Part shown: positions 28,427 to 35,469 of the stretch, piece after piece | Position numbering within the stretch: the stretch's first letter is position 1 | How the letters are laid out: each line of letters starts with the position of its first letter | NCBI GenBank assembly: GCA_014381105.1 | Contig: JACMIO010000103.1 | Coordinates: 1 to 35,469 of the forward strand | Reading direction: 5' to 3' | DNA length: 35,469 nt | DNA from: a bacterium | GTDB lineage: Archaea > Thermoproteota > Nitrososphaeria > Nitrososphaerales > Nitrososphaeraceae | Program-made: the position numbers and the translations under genes | The notes under the pieces: generated by a model | Told to the model about the DNA's origin: nothing | The model's input: the letters and a program-made list of their open reading frames with translations, nothing else | The model's database searches: none

Positions 28427-29038
28427 TTGGTACGACGTTCATATGGCATCAGGATCAGATATTTGATGGAACCCTTGTCAAGACACATGGTATATCTGGA
28501 GAATGAAAAATACCTTCCCGAGGACGCAAATTCCATTCTTTCTTTGTCCAGAAATATTTTACAAGATTACAAAATTATTATTAGAGATGCAAGAGTTGCA
28601 TCTCACTTTCTTGAACTTGATATGAGTATCCCTTCTTCAGTAGATCTAGAAAAAATAAAATCAAAATTAAGCCAAATTGGGACCATCATTGAAATTGATA
28701 TGATTGTTGAAGGTGAATTAGACAAAAAAGTATCTCTAGAGCTTGCACGTCAGCTATTCAACAACGAGAAATATTGGAAGACCCATGAAATTCTTGAAGG
28801 AGTATGGAAACATACCCAAGGTGACGAGAGAGCCCTGTTAAACGGTATAATTCTTGTTGCAGCAGCCTTAGTGCATTACCAAAAAGGAGAACCTGATATA
28901 TGCATTTCAATAATGAAGAGAGCACTAGACAAATTTCATAGTGCATACGGCCATTATCATGATATAGATGTGGACTTATTAAAAACTCATGTAATGAATA
29001 TTATCAATTCGACCAAGATCTCAAGGTTTAGTATCTAA
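28427..29038 (+). CDS. DUF309 domain protein with N-terminal extension
   Basis: LFNNEKYWKTHEILEGVW...GIILVAAALVH DUF309 signature; start may be ATG 28466. Confidence 0.82.
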   Translation: MVRRSYGIRIRYLMEPLSRHMVYLENEKYLPEDANSILSLSRNILQDYKIIIRDARVASHFLELDMSIPSSVDLEKIKSKLSQIGTIIEIDMIVEGELDKKVSLELARQLFNNEKYWKTHEILEGVWKHTQGDERALLNGIILVAAALVHYQKGEPDICISIMKRALDKFHSAYGHYHDIDVDLLKTHVMNIINSTKISRFSI

Positions 29039-29103
29039 GAAAATGGATCAAAAATATGCCACTATTTAGAAATCAACATTAGATAACGAACTGTCATGTT
29101 GGT

Positions 29104-29256
29104 TTATTTAGATTGTTTATTTCTTCTTTTTCTCATTATGTAGGCTGCTACAATAAGGCCTGCAAGAATCGTAACCAGGATAAAAAAGGTACCTTCATCT
29201 CTCACCGTACCCTTTGGCAATATTGCAAATAATGTGGCTGAAAGAAATGCTATCAA
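29104..29256 (-). CDS. Small membrane protein (50 aa) with TM and basic tail
   Basis: Not in ORF track. TTG start: MIAFLSATLFAILPKGTVRDEGTFFILVTILAGLIVAAYIMRKRRNKQSK. Confidence 0.62.
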   Translation of the reverse strand: MIAFLSATLFAILPKGTVRDEGTFFILVTILAGLIVAAYIMRKRRNKQSK

Positions 29257-29346
29257 TTTAAATCAATCATACTAAACTGGTTGTGGAAATTAAAGATTTC
29301 TTGATTGTAAATAATAATAATAAGGTTCTGTTTTATTGTTATTGTA

Positions 29347-31281
29347 TTGGTAAGTAATGATGCATTAATTCAAGATAAACATAAGGTTGGGCTTGAAATT
29401 CATCAGCAATTGGATTCAAAGAATAAACTATTTTGTAATTGCAAAATAGCAGATTCTATTGAACATGATTTTACCTTTAACAGGATCCTACATCCGACTC
29501 AGAGTGAAATGGGATCCTACGATCAAGCTGCCATTTTTGAGTCAAAGAAAATTAAGACCGTAAAATACCTGTCATCCAGAAATTCCAATTGCTTGATTGA
29601 ATCAGATGAGGAACCACCTGAAATGGTAAATGCAGAGGCACTCGAGCTAGTCTTGACTATCTGTCTTGCACTTCATTGTACTATTGAGGATGAATTACAT
29701 GTAATGCGAAAAATAGTAATTGATGGCTCAAATACTACGGGATTCCAAAGAACAATACTAGTTGGTAGGAACGGATATTTGGATGTTGATGGTGTTAGGG
29801 TTGGAATCCAAAGTATTTGCTTAGAAGAAGATGCTGCTAGAATAATTAATGAAGATAAAGACAAAGAGAATGATGCGAAGATATTTGCTCTAGATAGATT
29901 GGGAATTCCTCTTATCGAAATTGCTCTGGATCCTATTTCTAACACTCCGGTGTTTGTAACAAACGTAGCTCAGACGATCGGCCGATTATTGCGCGCTACA
30001 AAAAAAGTAACACGCGGACTAGGAAGTATTAGACAAGATGTAAATATTTCAACAAAAGGTGGCGCAGTTGTCGAGGTGAAAGGTGTGCAACAGCTATCAC
30101 AGTTGGCTCTCGTTATTGAATATGAAGCAAAAAGACAGGATGGATTAAACCAGATCGCTAAAGATCTAAAGGATCGTAAAATAGATGAATCAAAATTCTT
30201 GGACAGTATCACAGATGTTACTGATTTTATGAAACTATCGACCTCCAAAATAATAAAGAAGATTCTGAGTGGTAATTCTAGATTCATGGGGTTTGTATTG
30301 CGAGATTTTAGTGGGCTATTATCTTTTGAACCATATCCAGGAATAAGATTAGGCAAAGAATTGGGGGAAGTTGCAAAATCCTACGGAATTGGTGGGATAT
30401 TCCACTCCGATGAATTACCAAATTATGGGATTACCAATGAAGATGTCAAATCATTATCAGCTATTTTGAAGATTAACAAAAATGACGCTTTCATATTAGT
30501 TGGTGGCCCATCAGTATTATTAAACTCTGTAATTTCCGAATTATCTAATAGAATTAGGAAGGCATTTTCGGGTGTTGTTGCGGAAACGCGTTCTGTAAGA
30601 TTAGATGGTGTTACTGTATTTAGTAGACCCAGACCAGGTTCATCGAGAATGTATCCTGAAACAGATATCCCTTACATTTCCATAGATGAAAAAAGATTAG
30701 AGGAATTATCGAAGAACATTCCCCGCCCCTGGAACGAAGTTATAGATCAAATATGCAAGAAATATCTTATTAACCGTACACTAGCGGAAAATATTTTTGA
30801 CTCTCAATACTTTTCTCTCTTTGAGAATATAGTTTCCCACACCTCAATTAACCCTTCTTTCATAATATCTAAACTTACAGAAGATTTAGTTAGCTTGGAA
30901 AGACAAGGTTATGACATTTCCATTCTTACTCACAACAATCTATTTTATCTGTTTGAGGAGCTAGAAAAATCTAGAATATCCAAGGAATCAATTTCAATAA
31001 TATTTGAAAAACTGCTAAGGAGGGAAGGTGGTTCTATCGATGAAATCATAAGGACATTTGGATCCGAAGGAGTCACAGAAGAGGATATTGATGGTATTAT
31101 CAAAAAGATAATAGTGGAAAACGAAAAGATAATTTCTCAGAAGGGTATGGATTCAATCGGTCTTTTGATGGGCAGATGTATGTCAATTCTAAGAGGCAAG
31201 GTTGATGGGGAAAAAATCAACAAGAAACTAGTGACAAGATTAACCGAACACTTGGATGGATCCAAAGGAAGTAAAACGTAA
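29347..31281 (+). CDS. gatE: Glu-tRNA(Gln) amidotransferase subunit E
   Basis: VGLEIHQQL, DEEPP, MRKIVIDGSNTTGFQRT, LDRLGIPLIEI, RGLGSIRQDVNIS, GIFHSDELP, RPRPGSSRMYPETD. Confidence 0.96.
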   Translation: MVSNDALIQDKHKVGLEIHQQLDSKNKLFCNCKIADSIEHDFTFNRILHPTQSEMGSYDQAAIFESKKIKTVKYLSSRNSNCLIESDEEPPEMVNAEALELVLTICLALHCTIEDELHVMRKIVIDGSNTTGFQRTILVGRNGYLDVDGVRVGIQSICLEEDAARIINEDKDKENDAKIFALDRLGIPLIEIALDPISNTPVFVTNVAQTIGRLLRATKKVTRGLGSIRQDVNISTKGGAVVEVKGVQQLSQLALVIEYEAKRQDGLNQIAKDLKDRKIDESKFLDSITDVTDFMKLSTSKIIKKILSGNSRFMGFVLRDFSGLLSFEPYPGIRLGKELGEVAKSYGIGGIFHSDELPNYGITNEDVKSLSAILKINKNDAFILVGGPSVLLNSVISELSNRIRKAFSGVVAETRSVRLDGVTVFSRPRPGSSRMYPETDIPYISIDEKRLEELSKNIPRPWNEVIDQICKKYLINRTLAENIFDSQYFSLFENIVSHTSINPSFIISKLTEDLVSLERQGYDISILTHNNLFYLFEELEKSRISKESISIIFEKLLRREGGSIDEIIRTFGSEGVTEEDIDGIIKKIIVENEKIISQKGMDSIGLLMGRCMSILRGKVDGEKINKKLVTRLTEHLDGSKGSKT

Positions 31282-31325
31282 AAGTCTTAAATTAATCTGG
31301 TCTTGAGGAGTTATTCCTATTGTAT

Positions 31326-31868
31326 TCAAGTTGCCTGCTTGTACCTGGTTCTTAACCTCAATCTTTCAAAGAATTCCAAGATAATCCATAAAATAAGAGC
31401 ACCAATACCTATTAGTAAAACAATAACCCCTATGAAAATTGCTTCGATTTCAACTTTAGGATTTTTATTACTATCAAAAAGGATCGCACTCCCAAACATA
31501 CTTTCTGTATAAATTTCAGAACTTTTGAGATTTGTCAAAACTGCAGTGTAATTTCCGCTAATTGTCGGATTTATTGTTGCAAACAATGGCTGAGATGAAT
31601 TGACATTAAATAACAATGTGCCTTTTGGATTAATTATCCTAATATTAGTTAGGTCTAACGAGTTTTGAGGGGTTACAGAGATAGAGATGTTTTTTCCTTT
31701 TTGTACATCTTTAAGAAATAAAATTGAGTTGTCCTCTTTTGCTATTTTTCCTTTAAATACCGTACTTGTGGAGTGAAGTGGATCGGGTACCTTAATGGAG
31801 GATATCGAAATTATCGTTACCCCTATCAATATAGATATCAATGCTATAGATAAAATAATTCTCCTCAT
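31326..31868 (-). CDS. Membrane protein with N- and C-terminal TMs around a beta-rich extracellular domain
   Basis: Hydrophobic ends; IINPKG...SGNYTAVLTN beta-sandwich-like core. Confidence 0.75.
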   Translation of the reverse strand: MRRIILSIALISILIGVTIISISSIKVPDPLHSTSTVFKGKIAKEDNSILFLKDVQKGKNISISVTPQNSLDLTNIRIINPKGTLLFNVNSSQPLFATINPTISGNYTAVLTNLKSSEIYTESMFGSAILFDSNKNPKVEIEAIFIGVIVLLIGIGALILWIILEFFERLRLRTRYKQAT

Positions 31869-32072
31869 TAGTTATCACTCATCATTGATGTCATCTCTTG
31901 ATAATCTCCTTTTAAAGAGTTACAGATATGTGTTTTAAAGATATTACTGTGTTCCAAAACAATTGCCTTGGGCTGACGCTCAAAAATTCGGATGGAATTC
32001 TATAGTTTATGAAATTTGATATCACGAATTGAATATTGGAAAGAGAATTCATAATATATATATAAACTAAAT

Positions 32073-33395
32073 TTGGTACTAGTTGCAATGAGTAGTTTCA
32101 AGCACGCTAGGACTGCCTTATTTGGATTAACTTTTGTATTGATAATGTTCATGTCCAATGGACTTTTTGCTGCCTTTGGTCAATCTACAAATTTTGAAGG
32201 TCCCTTTGTCGGTGTTGCAATGAAGGGTGCATATGTGGATCAAAAAGAAAACAGAGAAGATACGCCATTACCTCCTGCGACTTATTTCGATGAGAGTTTC
32301 AGGTTGCTTAGTGAAGCAGGACTAAATCATGTGAGATTCTTATTCTACTGGGAAGCATATGAGAAAAATCCACAAGGATTTATGAATGAACTAGAACAGG
32401 TGGCAAACGCCGCAGACAAGTATGGCATTAAAGTTATTTATGATAATCATCAATGGCATACCTCTTCCTGGCTTGAAAAGAGGGGAACTGGCTTTCCAAC
32501 TGCCCTATTTGCTAATAATTCACAGCAATATCCAATGAACAGCGGTGGTAAAGAGGGTGAACCAGTGGCAAAGCTTTGGTGGTCTAATTTCTGGGATGGT
32601 ACTATCAAGGATGGACAGGGAAATGATGCATGGACTCTGTTAGCTGACTTTTATAAGAAAGTAGTTGCCACAGTCGATAGTCATGAGAGCACTTTGGGAT
32701 ATGAAATTTTGAGTGAACCTCACGTAGAAAGTTCTGACCAATGGGAAAAGATTGGAAGCTTTAACTCATTTATGACTGACGAACTGCGTTCGGTGACTCA
32801 GAAAATTATTGTTTATAGTATGAATGTCCCTGTTGATCTAGGCGGACCCATACAATTAACAGCAGAAAACCTTGCCGAGATGGCTCCTGCAAATAAGGAA
32901 AATATATGGTTTAAAATAAGTGTCTATGGAATTCCAGACAGAGATCAATATCAACAAGAAAGATTTGACCTTTTCTTACAAACTCGTGAATTGACCGGCA
33001 TTCCACTTTATATCGGTGAATGGAACAATGTCGTAAGAACTCAAGTCAATGGCGTATTTCAGCTAGATCCTCAAAAGAGCGGTCTAAACCAGCAAATCGC
33101 AGATACTATGCTAGAAGCATTTAAAAATGAGAATATAACTGCCTCGGCTTTCTGGAAATGGGATTACCAAGATGCAGATACTGCTAGCTTCAACTTGCTT
33201 TCACATCAAAACGGAACAATGACGCCAACTGAATACTACACATTTCTCAAGACCTCAGTAGCCAATGTTTATGGTGATTTATCCACTTCTACATCTGGCT
33301 CATCTTCAGAAACTACTTCTGACACAATATTTAATGCAACTTCGGAAGAAACTTCTGAAGCTACGTCCGAAACCAACTCTACTGAAGAGAATTAG
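32073..33395 (+). CDS. Secreted clan GH-A (GH5/cellulase-like) glycoside hydrolase
   Basis: Signal peptide; GLNHVRF..YWE, YDNHQ, GYEILSEP (acid/base Glu), LYIGEW (nucleophile), FWKW; S/T/E-rich tail. Start may be ATG 32088. Confidence 0.85.
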   Translation: MVLVAMSSFKHARTALFGLTFVLIMFMSNGLFAAFGQSTNFEGPFVGVAMKGAYVDQKENREDTPLPPATYFDESFRLLSEAGLNHVRFLFYWEAYEKNPQGFMNELEQVANAADKYGIKVIYDNHQWHTSSWLEKRGTGFPTALFANNSQQYPMNSGGKEGEPVAKLWWSNFWDGTIKDGQGNDAWTLLADFYKKVVATVDSHESTLGYEILSEPHVESSDQWEKIGSFNSFMTDELRSVTQKIIVYSMNVPVDLGGPIQLTAENLAEMAPANKENIWFKISVYGIPDRDQYQQERFDLFLQTRELTGIPLYIGEWNNVVRTQVNGVFQLDPQKSGLNQQIADTMLEAFKNENITASAFWKWDYQDADTASFNLLSHQNGTMTPTEYYTFLKTSVANVYGDLSTSTSGSSSETTSDTIFNATSEETSEATSETNSTEEN

Positions 33396-34327
33396 TCTCG
33401 TACCAACTCTCTATCAGAGTTATTGGGTTCGGAGCCCACTAGAGATACAAATACGTCATCCAGAGTAATAGGCGATACTTTAAAGAATAAATTTTTCTTT
33501 ATTGCAATAGCTGATAATTCCTGAATGTTGGATTCAAACGTGAATAGTTTTATGGTTTCCGTTCCTCCATCAACTACTGTCCCATAAGATTTTAACACAT
33601 CACTTTCAACTCCAGATTTTGAGATCTCTATTTTGATATTTTCTTTAATATTCTTTCTAATGTCTGCAATAGTCCCTTGCGAGATAACGATCCCCTTGTC
33701 TATGATGACTATATCATCAGACAATACTTCTGCTTCATCCATGTAGTGTGTTGTAAGCAGAATTGTAGTTCCATTTTCTTTTTTTTCCTTAATGGCTTTC
33801 CAGATTTGACGTCTGGAGACGGGATCAAGTCCGATCGTTGGCTCGTCTAGAAAAAGTAACTTCGAGTCCGTGGCCATCGCCATCGCCACCAGTACCTTTT
33901 GCTTCATGCCTCCTGACAGGTACATGGCAAGTCTATTTCTGACATCATATAATTCAAATTCTTTAAGAATTTTTTCGGCTCTTGTGTATGACTCCTGTTT
34001 GTTAACGCCCCTGATTCTTAGCCAGTAATAGACATGATCCCACGGAGTAAGAGCGCGCAGTGGTCTTCCTTCTTGAGGTACTATAGATATATTATTTCGT
34101 ATTTTTTCTGTATCTTTAATTAAATCATTTTCTAATATTTTTACAGTTCCAGAACTTGGTAATAATTGCGTTGCACAAATTCTTACGAATGTAGTTTTTC
34201 CCGCGCCATTTCTCCCTAGAAGAGTGAATATTCTTCCTGGTTCGATATTTAACGAGATATTATTAATTGCGTAGGTTGATGATCCCTTGTATTTCTTAGT
34301 AACATCAACAGCCTCTATTGCTTTCAT
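33392..34327 (-). CDS. ABC exporter ATP-binding subunit (DrrA/NodI-like)
   Basis: GRNGAGKTT, LSGGMKQK, FLDEPTIGLDP, LTTHYMDEAE, TLDDVF. Confidence 0.93.
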   Translation of the reverse strand: MKAIEAVDVTKKYKGSSTYAINNISLNIEPGRIFTLLGRNGAGKTTFVRICATQLLPSSGTVKILENDLIKDTEKIRNNISIVPQEGRPLRALTPWDHVYYWLRIRGVNKQESYTRAEKILKEFELYDVRNRLAMYLSGGMKQKVLVAMAMATDSKLLFLDEPTIGLDPVSRRQIWKAIKEKKENGTTILLTTHYMDEAEVLSDDIVIIDKGIVISQGTIADIRKNIKENIKIEISKSGVESDVLKSYGTVVDGGTETIKLFTFESNIQELSAIAIKKNLFFKVSPITLDDVFVSLVGSEPNNSDRELVRD

Positions 34328-34435
34328 AATGACACATTTTCAGTTTTGAAATTCATATAATCGATATCTTAAAAAGGATATTATTGAGAACAGGTAGTAT
34401 AGAAATTGAAACTGGGGAAAAACAAATAGTCCAAC

Positions 34436-35020
34436 TTACTCCACATTGATAGATACTCCATGGTCCTTTGAATCTTTTAATTTGAAGGTTACTTCTAGAA
34501 TTCCATTTTTGTATGTTGATTTTCCCGTGGACGGCTCAATTTGATCGGGTAGCTCAATTTTTTTACTATACTTTCTCTCTCCTGAAATTGATTCTATAGT
34601 CAGAGAATTTTCATTGGCAGTTATCCTTAAATCACTCTTGCTCACGCCCGGCATTTCTGCAATTATTTTCAATTTGTCAACATCCCTGATAATGTCGACT
34701 ACAGGCTCCCTCTGATCACTAACTGAAAATCTCCCAGTTAAGGAGCTTGGGAATGTATTCAAGTTTCCAAATTTTCTGACGACCGGTTTTCCATCCTCTC
34801 CTATTTTGAATGAATATCCATAAACAATAGGACCCATTTCGCGTACGGTTGAACCATCATCAAGTTTGCGTTCTCTTATGAGATTCTTTGGGACATTTTG
34901 ATCCATGTTTTTGACAGCTTCCTGCATCAACTTTTCCATTTCCTTCATCATTGAATCTACATCGGGAAACCACGAATTTGTTCTCCTTCGTCCGAACCAC
35001 TCATCAAAGGGAGTCGACAT
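34436..35020 (-). CDS. hsp20: Archaeal small heat shock protein Hsp20
   Basis: GPIVYGYS..IGEDGKPVVRKFGN, EPVVD, AEMPGV, YKNGILEV. Confidence 0.93.
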   Translation of the reverse strand: MSTPFDEWFGRRRTNSWFPDVDSMMKEMEKLMQEAVKNMDQNVPKNLIRERKLDDGSTVREMGPIVYGYSFKIGEDGKPVVRKFGNLNTFPSSLTGRFSVSDQREPVVDIIRDVDKLKIIAEMPGVSKSDLRITANENSLTIESISGERKYSKKIELPDQIEPSTGKSTYKNGILEVTFKLKDSKDHGVSINVE

Positions 35021-35040
35021 ATGTATTATCTTGTGTTGTT

Positions 35041-35050
35041 TAAATATAAA
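35041..35050 (-). promoter_or_regulatory. TATA box upstream of hsp20
   Basis: TTTATATTTA on the minus strand, about 21-30 nt upstream of ATG 35020. Confidence 0.55.
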
Positions 35051-35061
35051 TATTACAGACC

Positions 35062-35469
35062 TTACGATTTGATATTTTTTGTATTATCCAATTCTTCAAT
35101 TAGCCATTTTTGTCTATCACTGAGTTTGGTAGGCACTTCGAGTTTTATTTTTATGATTTGATCTCCCTTAGAACGTTGACCATGCACAGGAATTCCTTTT
35201 CCTCTCAGTCTAAAAATTGAATCAACTTGTGTTCCTGCAGGTATTTTCAACTTCTCACTTCCATATAACGTAGGCAATACTATTTCTGTACCTAGTACCA
35301 GCTCTGTATATTTCAGCTTGAGAGGATAAAGTAAATCTCCGTTTTCAAGTTTTTCAAAAATTTGATGAGGCTTGATGTGAATTCGAATAAATAAATCTCC
35401 TGGAACTTCATTTCCATCTGAAATTCCCCTGCCACTTAACTGAAGTGTCATACCATCATCAATTCCAGG
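35062..35469 (-). CDS. dnaJ: DnaJ chaperone, C-terminal part (runs off window end)
   Basis: PGIDDGMTLQLSGRG..PGDLFI, LGTEIVLPTL, IPAGTQ, LRGKGIP, KGDQII, VPTKLS. Confidence 0.92.
   Translation of the reverse strand, partial: PGIDDGMTLQLSGRGISDGNEVPGDLFIRIHIKPHQIFEKLENGDLLYPLKLKYTELVLGTEIVLPTLYGSEKLKIPAGTQVDSIFRLRGKGIPVHGQRSKGDQIIKIKLEVPTKLSDRQKWLIEELDNTKNIKS

Noticed and set aside
952-33468. Many short ORFs in the track overlapping long genes (e.g. 952-1194, 1605-1835, 1640-2005, 7049-7375, 10175-10489, 10650-10964, 23421-24799 set, 25569-25943, 29673-30356, 33265-33468)
   Set aside because: Antisense or off-frame shadows of well-supported genes, with no recognisable motifs.

Overview
AT-rich archaeal chromosomal window. 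Gene content (cofG/cofH, solitary A/V-ATPase subunit F, apgM, purP, gatE, proteasome beta, archaeal Hsp20 beside dnaJ, F420-type LLM, many TTG and leaderless-looking starts) points to an ammonia-oxidising Nitrososphaeraceae archaeon; this is inferred, not database-checked. Housekeeping blocks (about 1-7.4 kb and 19-35 kb) flank an accessory zone (about 7.4-18 kb) rich in secreted and very small proteins. Manual reading found genes missing from the ORF track: the cofH 5' end, a 45-aa TRASH/YHS-type Cys protein, a 58-aa 4-oxalocrotonate tautomerase, a 45-aa 9-Cys metallothionein-like protein, two small membrane proteins and a ChaB gene broken by two in-frame stops. A DUF5996-like gene also has a premature stop. 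The best leads are a possible metal/copper-handling islet (15.8-20.4 kb), a stand-alone MORC/Hsp90-like GHKL ATPase upstream of a non-catalytic proteasome beta gene, and an ABC ATPase/permease pair split in a geometry that a roughly 15 kb inversion would explain. No rRNA, tRNA, CRISPR array or intact mobile element was recognised.
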